A DNA stretch of 52,703 bases, from positions 1-52,703 of the IMG/VR virus record IMGVR_UViG_3300031857_000265. The stretch is one strand, 5' to 3'. Both the position numbers and the translations under genes were made by a program. Under the pieces are notes generated by a model. The model was given only the letters and a program-made list of their open reading frames with translations. It did no database searches and was not told where the DNA came from. Of this stretch, positions 26,050 through 36,375 are shown one piece after another. The DNA is from a virus. Taxonomy: Duplodnaviria; Caudoviricetes. How positions within the stretch are numbered: position 1 is the stretch's first letter; every line of letters begins with the position of its first letter.

Positions 26050-26421
26050 GTGGCAAAGGTTCAGGTCTTCAACATGACGTACGGTCCTGTCGTCATCTCG
26101 TCCAACGGGGCGATCGTGAAGGCCCGTTCAACCGCGGAGGCAGACGACTCCGACCCCGCCTTGACAGCTGCTGTCAAGAAGGGTCGTGTGGTGATAAAGT
26201 CCGCGAGGCAAGAACCCAAGGCCGAAGAGCCGAAGGCGGAAGCGAAGCCGGAAGAACCGAAGCAAGAGGAAGCACAACCGTCCGAGGCGCCAGCGGAGGA
26301 CGAGGAACAGGCTCCCCAGGCCGAGGAGGAGGCCGGCGAAACCGAGGGCGAACAGCCCGAGGAACCGGAAGAGAACAAGTCGAAGAGGCCAAGTAGGTCG
26401 AAAGTGGCGAAGGAGAACTGA
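26050..26421 (+). CDS. Acidic hypothetical protein preceding sheath
   Basis: 123 aa with Glu/Pro-rich tail; TGATG-coupled to the sheath gene. Confidence 0.65.
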   Translation: MAKVQVFNMTYGPVVISSNGAIVKARSTAEADDSDPALTAAVKKGRVVIKSARQEPKAEEPKAEAKPEEPKQEEAQPSEAPAEDEEQAPQAEEEAGETEGEQPEEPEENKSKRPSRSKVAKEN

Positions 26422-27899
26422 TGCCCGGCGTAGTCGTCAACACAGGAGTGAGGGTCGGAGGCGTCGGCGTCGAGACCGCACCCAGCAGCACGTTCTTCGT
26501 GGTCGGGACCGCCAAGCGCGGCCGCACCTCCGCGCCCGTCGCCGTCCGCAGCATGCAGGACTTCGAGACCGAGTACGGCTCGTACGACGCGAACTGCACC
26601 CTCCACCAGCACATCAGGACGTTCTTCGAGGAGGGCGGCATCCGCGCCGTCGTCCAGAGGGTCGTCGGCCCCGACGCGGAGAACGGAACGGTCAACCTCC
26701 AGGACGCCGATGCCGACACCTGCATCGTCCTCACGGCCGCAAACGCCGGAGCGTGGTCGTCCGACATCTCGGTTACGGTCCTCGCCGAGGCGGGCGCCTA
26801 CTCCATCTCGGTCAGCCTCGACGGCGTCGAGATCCTGTTCGGTGGCGGTTTGACCACCCCCGCCGAGGCGATCACGCTGATCAACAACACGATCTCGCAC
26901 GTCCTGGTCGCCAGCGCCGGTGCGTCGAGCATCATCCCCGACAGCCAGACCGAGTCCCTCTCGGCCGGCGACGACGACATCGACAACGTGTTGTTCACCA
27001 ACGACAGCTTCGCCGCCGCCCTGGACAACTTCGGCGAGGACTACGGCACCGGTGCGGTGTCGATCCCCGAGAAGTACGGGACGACCATCTGGAACGCCCT
27101 GAGGAGCCACGCGGTCGAGTACAAGAGGATCGCCATCTGCGGTTTCGACCCGGAGGCGTCATCCACCTCGGCCATCTCCTCGGCATCGGCCTACGGCGGT
27201 GCAACCGCCGGGGCGAAGTCGCAGGGAAGCCACATGGCGTTCTACTGGCCCTCGGTCACCATCCCCGAGGACAACGGCGGCACCCTGAACATCTCCCCGG
27301 AGTCGTTCGTCGCCGCCGTCCGCGCCAGGAGCATCGTCGACAACGGTGGCCCGTGGAAGCCGGCCGCCGGCGTTGGATCCGCGGCGAGGTTCGCCGTCGG
27401 CCTGTCGAATGACGGTTCGGCCACCAAGGTGACGAAGTCCGTGGGCAACGCCCTGGACGCCGGAAGGGTCAACGCCATCAGGGTCATCGACGGCCAGATC
27501 CGCATCTACGGAGCCCGCTCGGCGTCCGCCGACGAGACCAACTGGCGGTACATCACCTACCGCGACACGGTGAACCAAATCGCCACCAACTGCGAGAACG
27601 CGCTCGAGCAGTTCGTGTTCAGCCCGATCGACAGCAGGAAGAACCTGTTCGGGGCCATCTCCTCGAACCTGGTCTCCATCCTCGAGGCCGTGAAGGACCT
27701 CGGAGGCCTGTACCCGATGGTGGACGCCCTCGGTACGCAGGTCGACCGCGGCTACTCGGTCGAGGTGTCGGACGCGCTGAACCCGATCAACGATCTTGCC
27801 GAGGGCAGGATCGCCGCGAGGGTCGGCGTGCGAGTGGCCGGCGTCGCCGACCTGATCACCCTCACCATCACGAAGTCGAGCCTCACGGCCGCACTCTGA
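26421..27899 (+). CDS. Tail sheath protein
   Basis: MPGVVV start, FFEEGG, FYWP, GPWKPAAG, RVNAIR..GQIRIYGARS, WRYITYR, FVFSPID. Confidence 0.9.
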   Translation: MPGVVVNTGVRVGGVGVETAPSSTFFVVGTAKRGRTSAPVAVRSMQDFETEYGSYDANCTLHQHIRTFFEEGGIRAVVQRVVGPDAENGTVNLQDADADTCIVLTAANAGAWSSDISVTVLAEAGAYSISVSLDGVEILFGGGLTTPAEAITLINNTISHVLVASAGASSIIPDSQTESLSAGDDDIDNVLFTNDSFAAALDNFGEDYGTGAVSIPEKYGTTIWNALRSHAVEYKRIAICGFDPEASSTSAISSASAYGGATAGAKSQGSHMAFYWPSVTIPEDNGGTLNISPESFVAAVRARSIVDNGGPWKPAAGVGSAARFAVGLSNDGSATKVTKSVGNALDAGRVNAIRVIDGQIRIYGARSASADETNWRYITYRDTVNQIATNCENALEQFVFSPIDSRKNLFGAISSNLVSILEAVKDLGGLYPMVDALGTQVDRGYSVEVSDALNPINDLAEGRIAARVGVRVAGVADLITLTITKSSLTAAL

Positions 27900-27918
27900 G
27901 CAGAAGGAACGAGAACAC

Positions 27919-28434
27919 ATGGCAAAGATCTCACAGCGCCAGGTACTGGCCAAGGTCATCCCACTGAGCGGCAAGGGGGGACAGGACCTCACGGCCAACA
28001 ACACGAAGTTCAGCTCGGCCACCCGCCCCTACTTCTCGCAGGTGTCTGGCGGAGAGATCCAGGCCTCGGTGGAGAAGGTGTACGACGGCGGATCGACCTT
28101 CCCGGAAGTGCTCCCGTCGGTCATCGAAGTGGGCGACGTCACCGTCACCCGCCACTACGACCCGTCCTCGGACGCACAAGTCATCTCGTACTACAGGGAC
28201 AAGGTCGGCAAGCAGTTCTTCAGGGTCGAGATCCTCACGCTCGACGCGGACGGCAACCAGACCGGCTACACCCGCAAGTACGAGGACTGCATCCTCGTGA
28301 ACATCACCGAGCCCGACGGCGACGCCTCCTCGGGCGGCCCGGCGACATTCTCGCTGACGTTCTCGGTGAGCAAGTCGACCGACGTGGCCTACACCGGTAC
28401 GCCGAACCCGGGCGCCGCCACCGTCGTCGCCTGA
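27919..28434 (+). CDS. Tail tube protein
   Basis: Follows sheath; FSQVSGGE, VGDVTVTRHYD, EPDGDASS..ATFSLTF. Confidence 0.8.
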   Translation: MAKISQRQVLAKVIPLSGKGGQDLTANNTKFSSATRPYFSQVSGGEIQASVEKVYDGGSTFPEVLPSVIEVGDVTVTRHYDPSSDAQVISYYRDKVGKQFFRVEILTLDADGNQTGYTRKYEDCILVNITEPDGDASSGGPATFSLTFSVSKSTDVAYTGTPNPGAATVVA

Positions 28435-28499
28435 CCGAAACCGCGCACCCGGCGTGATAGTGTCCGTCGTGTCTTACCACGACACTACGGAGGCTACAC

Positions 28500-28991
28500 A
28501 TGGACAGCATCAACGATGACGAGATGTATTTGCCGTCGGCTTCGGCGGGCGAATCCACACTCGACAAGTTGCGAGCGGAACTGACGAAGCGCGTCAGGAG
28601 GCCCGAGATCTTCCTCGAGGTCCCCGAGCGGCCGAGCATCGCGGTCCGCTACTCGCCGAACATCACCCAGAACCAAGTCAGGGCCTGGCGCAGGAACTCG
28701 GGCGAGGACACCAAGAACGGGATGGACGCGACCAAGTTCGCCTGCTACGTCCTGGCCAACACCTGCACGGGCATCATGCTCGACGGGGAACTGGCCCGCA
28801 ACGAGCGCGGCGAGGAACTCGTGTTCGGATCCGACGACATCATGAAGATGATGGACGCCGACCGCGTCCAGGACGCGATCCGTGCCATCTACGTCGTCGA
28901 GCCGCACATCGAGGCGACCGCCCTCGCCGTCATGGAGGCCTCCGGGTTCAACGACTCGGTGGAACAGGTGGACCCTACGAAGCAGCCCTAG
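28500..28991 (+). CDS. Tail assembly chaperone (G-like)
   Basis: Between tube and tape measure genes; ends VDPTKQP. Confidence 0.7.
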   Translation: MDSINDDEMYLPSASAGESTLDKLRAELTKRVRRPEIFLEVPERPSIAVRYSPNITQNQVRAWRRNSGEDTKNGMDATKFACYVLANTCTGIMLDGELARNERGEELVFGSDDIMKMMDADRVQDAIRAIYVVEPHIEATALAVMEASGFNDSVEQVDPTKQP

Positions 28992-29170
28992 ACTGGCTGC
29001 TCGAAGAACCACACATCATCTCCGCGGCCCGCATCGCCGAGATGTTCCACATCGACCCCATGACCGTTCTGGAGTCGGACGACGTCACATGGATGCTTCG
29101 CGTCGCTTGTGCTAGGGTGGTTGCGCGCGACCACGAAGAACAGGCGAACAAGATGAGGCAAGCGAACTGA
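28970..29170 (+). CDS. Tail assembly chaperone extension (T-like), probably reached by a -1 frameshift
   Basis: -1 frame reads GPYEAALDWLLEEPHIISAARIAEMFHIDPMTVLESDDVTWMLRVACARVVARDHEEQANKMRQAN*; absent from the ORF track. Confidence 0.65.
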   Translation, partial: GPYEAALDWLLEEPHIISAARIAEMFHIDPMTVLESDDVTWMLRVACARVVARDHEEQANKMRQAN

Positions 29171-29203
29171 CGGTCGCCGTCTTTGCGTAGGAGGTGACCG
29201 ATC

Positions 29204-32200
29204 TTGAGCATGATCCCGAGCGGGGCTGATGCCTCGGTAAGCATCAAGGTCGACGTCGACGACGCTGGGGCGCAGGCACGGATGGCCGCCCTCGAGGCGA
29301 GGATGAAGGCCCTCGAGAAGCAGTCCGAGAGGTCCGGCAAGGCAGCCGGGAGTTACGGGCAGCGCCTCGACGACATGTCCAAGAGATCGTCGAGGGCCGA
29401 CAAGTCGAACAAGGACCTGCTCAAGACGGGCGACGCCCTGAGGAAGATGTTCGGCGGCTTGGGCAAGATCGTCAAGTTCGCCACAATCGAGTTCGGGCTG
29501 ATGACCGCGGCCCTCGGTGCGATGCAGTTCGCGCTGTGGGCGGGGCAGACGGCGATGAAGGGCTTCCACGCCCTCCTGCGCGCCACGGGTGCCGCGGCCG
29601 GAGTCGCCGTCGGAGCGATAGCGACCGTCCTCGGGGCACTCAGGGAACTTCAGTCGGTCAAGCTCGCACCGATCATGGGTGGAATCGTCGAGTCCAGGAC
29701 GCAGACGAACGCCTTTTTCGCCGACAGGCGGTTCGCCATGTTCGACCAGAAGACGATGGCGGGCATCCTGCAGTCGGCCGCGGAGCAGGGCAGGGTAATC
29801 GACGCGACATTCCGCAACGAACTGGCCAAGCTCGCCAACTACTCGCTCGGCGACCCCAAGAAGCTCGCCGAGATCCAGAAGACGTTCCAGCAGATGTCGA
29901 AGGACGGCAAGGTCACCGTCAAGACCTACGAGGACCTGAGGGCCGTCTCGCCCGCGCTCGCCAAGGCCTTCGACGAGATGGCGGGGGGGACGAAGAAGGG
30001 CGAGGCAGCGGCGAGGGCAGGCTCTGTCTCGTACCAGAAGTTCTTCGACGCCGTGATGGCGGGGAACCTCGAGGCCCTCAAGCCGTTCCAGGGCGCCTTG
30101 GACAACATCAACTCAACGCTCATCGGGACGCTGAAGGGTGCGTTCGTCGGGGTGAAGGAACAGTTCACCCGCATGGGCGAACCGCTCCTCGCCGGGCTCA
30201 GGAGGCCCATCACGATCCTCGAGCGGGAGATCAGCCTGTTCGTCCTGAAGGTGAACGGGACCGTGCAGAAGGTGTTCCCGACCCTGTTCGACGTCAAAGA
30301 CGAGAACAACAACACGATCACGAGGGTATTCGACAGGCTCGCCACCTCCATCAACACCAACATGGGGAAGATCTCGGGCTGGGTCGAGTCGATCAGGGGC
30401 TGGGGCAGGTCGGTCAGCGACTTCTTCGGGAAGCTCGGCAACGGCCTTAGGCACTACTCGCGGGGATGGGACAAACTGTTCGAGGGGATACTCAGGCCCT
30501 TCGGGCAGGAGTTCGTCTCCACCCTCTCGCACCTATTCGACACGTTCAACAAACTGATCGAGGACCAGCCCCTCGGCTCCTTCGAGAGGATGATCAGGGC
30601 CGTCGGGGAGGCCGTCCGCAACCTGATCACCGGGTTCGGGCAGCTCAAGGCGGCCATTGCGCCCGTTTTCGCCGCCTTCTCCAACATTCTCGGCGTGCTG
30701 GCAAAGCTCACCTCGCTGCCGGGCATCCAGTTCCTGATCCCCATGCTTCTCATGGGTAGGTTCATGCGGGGCAGGGCCGGCGGTGGCGGGGGCATGGGTG
30801 CTGTTGGTGCTGCGGCGGGGGCGTCGATGTTCGCCTCGGCCACCCCGGGCATGGGGTTGCTCGGCATGGCGGCGATGCCGCTGATGATGGGTATGAGCGG
30901 CTTCGGCACCAGGACGAGGTACGGGGCGGCCAGTGCCGGCAACTACGCGGCCAACCGTGCCGCTGGAGCGGGGAGGATCCCCTCCGCGCTGTTCTCCAGC
31001 CCCCTCGGTTTCGGATTCGCCAGCAACAGGCGCGACGGCATGGGTCGCGGTGTTTCGGCAATGTTGGCCGGCTCCGCCGCCAGGGGCGCGATGGCGCAGG
31101 GCTTCGTCGATCGGAGGGGTCGCACGATCACCGGTTCCGTCGCCGCCACCCAGCAGGCGAGGATCGACGCGCTGATGGCAAACCGGGCGCAGATGCAGAG
31201 CATCCTCGGCCAGACCGGGGCCGGGGACGACATCAGGAAGTACATGAGGAACCAGGGCTACGACTTCGTGGCCGGGGATCCCAACGCGAGGAAGGGCTCG
31301 ATCACCGCGGGCGACCATTACGTGAACAGGAACGACCCCACCGCCGGCCCCATGACCGCGGCCCAGGCCAAGGCTCTGCAGTCGCAGGAGGCGAAGGACG
31401 CCATCGCGGCTCGGAGGAGGTACAACGCCGAGCAGATAAAGCAGGGCAGGCAACAGGCCATCCAGACGGGAAAGATCCAGGGCAGGGAGGCGGGCAGGGC
31501 GTTCGTAAGGGACTCCGCCGCCAGGTTCGGCAAGGCGGCCGGCATGGTCGGTGCGACGGTCGGACTGACGATGATCGGCGGCATGCTCTCGCAAAGCGCC
31601 GGGACCAACACGGCGAAGGCCGGTCTCGGCGGGGCCATGTCCGGCATAGGAATGGGCGTGGGGATGGGCGCGGCGTTCGGCCCCGCCGGCATGGCGGCCG
31701 GCGCCCTGATCGGCGGGGCCATCGGCCTGTTCACGGGGATGGGCAACGCGAGGCAACAACGGGAGGCGGAGAAGCGCCAGGCGCGGGAGTTCGTGAACGA
31801 GACCGTGTTCGGTGGCAAGACGTTCAACAGGTCGGAGGACTTCAGGCAAGCGCGCGCAGACGCGGCGAAACTGCAGCTCGACATCATGAAGCTCGGCGAC
31901 GGCGAGGGGAGCCTCAAGGCGCAGATCGCCGCGATCGACGCCAGGAGGGCGGAGACGATAGACGCGGAGACCAGCCGCGTAATGGGGGCGGCCCGCGCCG
32001 AGTTCGGCGACGAGTACGACATCACGAACGACGCCGCCGCGCTCGAACTCATGGGTCAGGAGTTGATCAAGAACAAGAGGTTGACCGACGAGTACATCAA
32101 GGACATCTTCGGCGATGACGGCGTGGCCAGCAGCATGGGCGAGCTCAACGACGCGATCGCCTCCGTCTACGACACGGGGGTCGGCAGGAACGACAAGCAG

Positions 32201-33745
32201 ATAAGGGAATCGCTTGACGCCGAGCGCAAACAGCTGGAGAGCGACATCGGCAACCTCGACACCGCCAACAACTCGCTGGCCAAGGCCCTGCAGGAGATCA
32301 CGAAACGGGAGAACCAGTACAACGAGATGGTCGGCAAGACCATGTACACCCTCGAGGGGACGGGTGTGGCGACGGCGGAGGTGGCCGCCCTGTTCGACGA
32401 ACTCGGCCTGTCCATCGAGGAGACGAGCGTCGGCATCCACGAGTTCAACCGCCTGATCGGGATGACGGGCGACCTGGCCGCCGACAGGGCCACCGGCGCG
32501 GGCAGGATGGGGAGGTCCCTGCTCGCCGACAGCCAGCTCCAGAGCGACCTGGCCGAGGGGAGGAGCAGGCTGCGACAACAGCTCGAGGACACGTTCTCGT
32601 ACACGGGGCCGATGTCCAAGGACGAGGCAACGATCGTCGTCGGGCAGACGGTCAACGAGATCGTCGGCAACGCCATGGCGGAATACGCCGCCGGCAACAT
32701 CAAGTTCTCGGATTTGGTCGGCGTGGGGGAAACCCCGGGCATGCTCCAGAACCAACTCGCCGGACTCGTGTACGGGGCCGCCGAGGCCGGGCTCTCGCCC
32801 GAACTCGTGAGCGGCCTCGCCGACGCCGTCTTCGGCGAGGGCAAACTCATCGACCAGGCGAACCAGGCGAAGACCGACCCGTTCAAGAGGGCGCAGTTCG
32901 ACGCGGTGTTCAACCAGGATCTCACCTCGAAGATGGACAACCTCGCGCTGGACTTCGGTGCCAAGATAGCGGAGGGCTCGATGTCGGTGCCCGAGGCCCT
33001 CGAAAGTGCGACTAGCGAACTGGTCACGTGGCTGGAAGATCCCATGAACGGGGGGCTTGAGGTCACACCCGAGACGGAGTCCAAGCTGAAGAACCTCCTG
33101 TCGGGGACCATCATGAACGCCCCGCAGGCCATGGCGGATGCGATGCGCTCCGCCGGCATGGACGTCGCCGCGATGATCCGCGCCGCCATGACCGGTGCGA
33201 CCTACAACCCCTCGGCCGTGGCGGCCAGGCTGGACCCATCACTCAACCCCTACGGCGGGACGGGCAACCCGAACATCGACAGGCCGCAGCCGGTAAAGGA
33301 ACCGCCCCCGCCGTCGGGCGACACGAGGACGAGCAGGTTCTCCCGCGTCATGTCCGCCCACGCTCGCCTCAACTCCATGGTCCCGGGCAGGCGGATCGTC
33401 ACCTCCGGCATCAGGGACACGATGCTCGGGTCGATCGGGTCCGACCACTCCACGGGGTCGGCCTACGACCTCGTCGGCGACAACCTCGTCTCGTACGCCA
33501 ACAACGTCAGGAACGTGGGCGGGTTCGCCGAGTTCCACGGCGGCGGCTCCGGCAAGCACCTCCACGTCGTCCCGCCGGTCGGGGACACGACGACGTCGAG
33601 GGCGGGCGGTTACGGCGGCTCGTCGTCGACCAACTACTACAACTTCGAGATCAGCGGAGGCCCCGGCATGGATCCCGACGACATCGCCGAGGCGGTCATG
33701 CGTAGGATCGAGAGGGCCGAGAGGAACAGGAGGGAGAGGGTGTGA
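29204..33745 (+). CDS. Tape measure protein with C-terminal M15/LAS-type peptidase-like domain
   Basis: 1513 aa, Ala/Gly-rich helical with hydrophobic stretches; SD AGGAGGT; C-terminal VTSGIR..SDHSTGSAYDL...KHLHV. Confidence 0.9.
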   Translation: MSMIPSGADASVSIKVDVDDAGAQARMAALEARMKALEKQSERSGKAAGSYGQRLDDMSKRSSRADKSNKDLLKTGDALRKMFGGLGKIVKFATIEFGLMTAALGAMQFALWAGQTAMKGFHALLRATGAAAGVAVGAIATVLGALRELQSVKLAPIMGGIVESRTQTNAFFADRRFAMFDQKTMAGILQSAAEQGRVIDATFRNELAKLANYSLGDPKKLAEIQKTFQQMSKDGKVTVKTYEDLRAVSPALAKAFDEMAGGTKKGEAAARAGSVSYQKFFDAVMAGNLEALKPFQGALDNINSTLIGTLKGAFVGVKEQFTRMGEPLLAGLRRPITILEREISLFVLKVNGTVQKVFPTLFDVKDENNNTITRVFDRLATSINTNMGKISGWVESIRGWGRSVSDFFGKLGNGLRHYSRGWDKLFEGILRPFGQEFVSTLSHLFDTFNKLIEDQPLGSFERMIRAVGEAVRNLITGFGQLKAAIAPVFAAFSNILGVLAKLTSLPGIQFLIPMLLMGRFMRGRAGGGGGMGAVGAAAGASMFASATPGMGLLGMAAMPLMMGMSGFGTRTRYGAASAGNYAANRAAGAGRIPSALFSSPLGFGFASNRRDGMGRGVSAMLAGSAARGAMAQGFVDRRGRTITGSVAATQQARIDALMANRAQMQSILGQTGAGDDIRKYMRNQGYDFVAGDPNARKGSITAGDHYVNRNDPTAGPMTAAQAKALQSQEAKDAIAARRRYNAEQIKQGRQQAIQTGKIQGREAGRAFVRDSAARFGKAAGMVGATVGLTMIGGMLSQSAGTNTAKAGLGGAMSGIGMGVGMGAAFGPAGMAAGALIGGAIGLFTGMGNARQQREAEKRQAREFVNETVFGGKTFNRSEDFRQARADAAKLQLDIMKLGDGEGSLKAQIAAIDARRAETIDAETSRVMGAARAEFGDEYDITNDAAALELMGQELIKNKRLTDEYIKDIFGDDGVASSMGELNDAIASVYDTGVGRNDKQIRESLDAERKQLESDIGNLDTANNSLAKALQEITKRENQYNEMVGKTMYTLEGTGVATAEVAALFDELGLSIEETSVGIHEFNRLIGMTGDLAADRATGAGRMGRSLLADSQLQSDLAEGRSRLRQQLEDTFSYTGPMSKDEATIVVGQTVNEIVGNAMAEYAAGNIKFSDLVGVGETPGMLQNQLAGLVYGAAEAGLSPELVSGLADAVFGEGKLIDQANQAKTDPFKRAQFDAVFNQDLTSKMDNLALDFGAKIAEGSMSVPEALESATSELVTWLEDPMNGGLEVTPETESKLKNLLSGTIMNAPQAMADAMRSAGMDVAAMIRAAMTGATYNPSAVAARLDPSLNPYGGTGNPNIDRPQPVKEPPPPSGDTRTSRFSRVMSAHARLNSMVPGRRIVTSGIRDTMLGSIGSDHSTGSAYDLVGDNLVSYANNVRNVGGFAEFHGGGSGKHLHVVPPVGDTTTSRAGGYGGSSSTNYYNFEISGGPGMDPDDIAEAVMRRIERAERNRRERV

Positions 33746-34596
33746 GTACAGTCCTCCCCCCGCGGCCGTTCCTCCAGATCGTCAGGAACAGCCCAACCAC
33801 CGCCCCACCGAGCGTCAGGACGCAGGCGAGGACGGCGACCGTGTCGAGCAACCTGACCCTCGCCGAGATGACGGCGAGGCGCGGTTCCGCCAGGCCCGGC
33901 GCGGCCCGCTCCGTTGTCTCGGCGTGGACAGCGAACACCGCCGACGCCGTTATTCCAGCCGGCTCTGGACAGGCGGTCACAGTTCTCCCCGCGCCGAGCA
34001 GGCTCAAGATCGTGTCGTTCGCAACCGTCTCGGCGACCAGCACGGAGAGGGTCACCTACTCCTTCGTCATCTCGCCCAACGAGGTATCCGCGAGCAGGAC
34101 GGGGATCAACTACACGGAGATCGGGCGTCCCGGCAGGAAACCCCTCCTCAGGTCGGCATCGCTCAACCTCCAACAGCTGACGATCACCGTGATGGTGCTC
34201 AACGAGGACAGGTCGTACCTGTCGTCGGCGCAGGCGCAGGTGGACGCGCTGGAGGCCCTGTCCCGGCTGGACTACGACCTCTCGATCGTCTACGCGGGCG
34301 TTGACCCCGCGAAGAGGTGGAGGCTCACCGACCTCCGTTACAGGTCGGTCCGCAGGAACGCCGCGAACGACGTGTCCATCGCCGAGGCGGACCTCACCTT
34401 CACCGAGGTGACGGCCATGCCCGCCGTCGTCCCGGGCATGCCGACAATCAAGGACGTGCCGCAGTCCAGGAACACGGCGGCGAACCCTGGCGCCACGACC
34501 CCGGGGCAGCGCGGCGGAAGCCAGGCGATCATCGACAGGATCATCGCCGCCGGTCCGACACCCAACAACCCCGGCACATCCGGGGGCGGGGTATGA
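33742..34596 (+). CDS. Tail tube initiator / baseplate protein
   Basis: Directly after TMP; YTEIGRPGRKPLL, WRLTDL, AEADLTFTE. Confidence 0.65.
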   Translation: MSTVLPPRPFLQIVRNSPTTAPPSVRTQARTATVSSNLTLAEMTARRGSARPGAARSVVSAWTANTADAVIPAGSGQAVTVLPAPSRLKIVSFATVSATSTERVTYSFVISPNEVSASRTGINYTEIGRPGRKPLLRSASLNLQQLTITVMVLNEDRSYLSSAQAQVDALEALSRLDYDLSIVYAGVDPAKRWRLTDLRYRSVRRNAANDVSIAEADLTFTEVTAMPAVVPGMPTIKDVPQSRNTAANPGATTPGQRGGSQAIIDRIIAAGPTPNNPGTSGGGV

Positions 34597-36077
34597 TAAC
34601 CGGCGTCCTGCTCGGCGACATCGGCGAACGGGGGCGGGTGGTTGCCAAGAACAGGAAGGACGGGACGGTCGTCCTGGCCGCCGCCGCCCCCCACAACCTG
34701 TCCGTCGGCGACATGGTGACGGTCTCGGGCCTCGGGGCGGGGTGGGACGGGACTTTCACGATCCTCGCGGTCGCCTTCGGCGTCCTGTTCTCGTACTCGT
34801 CCGCGGGCGTTGACGTCGCCCAGGTCGCCGCAACCGGCACGTACGCGAGGTCTGACGGCCCGGCGGCCGACATCTCCGAGATCATCACCAGGATGAGCGT
34901 GAGCCTGACCGCGGCGGAGGTCAGCCAAGTCAGCATCTCCGTCGTCGACCCGGGGTTGGTGTACCTGAACGCCAACTACTTCCAGCTCAGGCAGAAGGTC
35001 AAGTGCCTCGGCGAGGTCTTCGAGATCGCCGCCGTCGAGGTGTCGCAGGGCAACGCCGGGGAGACCGTAACCATCGACTGTCGCCTCACGGGGATCCAAC
35101 AACTCAAGAGGGATAAGGGTTCCGCCGTGTTCACGGCGGGGTCGGCGACGTCGTTCGCCTCGGAGAGGGCGAGGCTCGTAGGCCTTGACTTCTTCGGGGA
35201 AAGCACGGCCGCCAAGGCGACCATCTCCAGGATCAGGAACGACACCACGGACGAGTCGACGTGGGACGTCATCAAGAGGCTGGCCGGCGAAAACCAGTTC
35301 GTCACATTCGAGACCGGGGGGCGTCTCTTCTTCACCTCACAGCAGTTCCTGCTGGGCAAGTACGCGATCTCGGAACAGTCGGCCACCCCCGGCTTCCTCA
35401 CCACGGTCGTGAGGTGGCGGCCGAGGTTCGGGACCATTGAACTGGAGGGGGCCGCGTCAACCTCAACGGCGGCACTGACGCTTCCGGCGATCGTCGGGCC
35501 ACCGGGCAGGCCGACGCTGAAGAAGGGCTCGAAGGACACCGAGCATGTGAGGTATGTGCAGAACGTCCTCAAGCAGAGGGCGGGGCAAGGGACCCTGGTC
35601 GTCGACGGCATCTTCGGGACGAAGACGTACAACGCCGTGGTCAACCTCCAGAGGTTCTTCAGGACGCCCGCCAACGGGACGGTCGGGACCGTAACGTGGC
35701 AGATCATTGACTTTCTCGCGTCCGGCTACACGGGTGCCGACTCGGGCAGGAGTTTCGTGGTGGAGCCGATCGAGTGCCCCGAAGTCCGCAGGTCGGACGA
35801 CACTTACGAGGAGATGACCGCCACGTTCCGCGTCGACAGGGAGGTGGGGAGGAAGTTCAGGCCCGGCATGACCATCACCATCGAGGGAATACCCGGTTTC
35901 ACGGCCAACCTGTTGGTGAACGAGGTCTCCTGGGAGGAGGGGACGCCCGACCCGGTGTCCGTATCTGCGTCAACACCCAGCCTGCCCACCGAGTACAAGA
36001 AGAGGCAGGAACTCCTGGCCAAGGTAGACCTGACGGGCGGAGGTTTCACCAACACGGCCGCAGGAGGATTCGCGTGA
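34593..36077 (+). CDS. Baseplate hub protein with inserted peptidoglycan-binding domain
   Basis: ATGA start at 34593; ESTWDVIKRLA hub motif; PTLKKGS..VRYVQNVL..VDGIFGTKTYNAVVNLQ..GTVGTVTW (PG_binding_1-like). Confidence 0.75.
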   Translation: MITGVLLGDIGERGRVVAKNRKDGTVVLAAAAPHNLSVGDMVTVSGLGAGWDGTFTILAVAFGVLFSYSSAGVDVAQVAATGTYARSDGPAADISEIITRMSVSLTAAEVSQVSISVVDPGLVYLNANYFQLRQKVKCLGEVFEIAAVEVSQGNAGETVTIDCRLTGIQQLKRDKGSAVFTAGSATSFASERARLVGLDFFGESTAAKATISRIRNDTTDESTWDVIKRLAGENQFVTFETGGRLFFTSQQFLLGKYAISEQSATPGFLTTVVRWRPRFGTIELEGAASTSTAALTLPAIVGPPGRPTLKKGSKDTEHVRYVQNVLKQRAGQGTLVVDGIFGTKTYNAVVNLQRFFRTPANGTVGTVTWQIIDFLASGYTGADSGRSFVVEPIECPEVRRSDDTYEEMTATFRVDREVGRKFRPGMTITIEGIPGFTANLLVNEVSWEEGTPDPVSVSASTPSLPTEYKKRQELLAKVDLTGGGFTNTAAGGFA

Positions 36078-36340
36078 ACCGCTACACCACGCCGCTAAAG
36101 AACGCATCGGTCCCGTTCAACCCCGTTGGCATCTGGAACGCCGTCGTCACAGAGGTTCCCGACCACAGGCTGAAGGTCAGGGTCCCGAGGTTGTCAGGCG
36201 ACATGGAGTACGGCCCCCTCTACGTCCTCGGTCGCGAGGACGACGTGTACGAGGTCGGCGACCTCGTGGTGGTGACGTTCCTCGAGGGCAGGCAGGACGA
36301 GCTCATAGTCATCGGAAGAGTCAGGCAAGGCGCGCCGTGA
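36074..36340 (+). CDS. Short baseplate spike/OB-fold-like protein
   Basis: GTGA start with AGGAGG; KVRVPRL..EYGPL..VGDLVVVTFLEGRQDELIVIG. Confidence 0.65.
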   Translation: MNRYTTPLKNASVPFNPVGIWNAVVTEVPDHRLKVRVPRLSGDMEYGPLYVLGREDDVYEVGDLVVVTFLEGRQDELIVIGRVRQGAP

Positions 36341-36375
36341 TCCCGGGCGACGTTCTTGTGGCAGAATGGCGAACG

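Noticed and set aside
28882-29115. +1 frameshift at CCC-TAG of the chaperone gene
   Set aside because: The +1 frame is Arg/His-rich and not protein-like; the -1 frame is the plausible extension.
30533-32755. 740-aa antisense ORF within the tape measure gene
   Set aside because: Shadow ORF with no independent signals.
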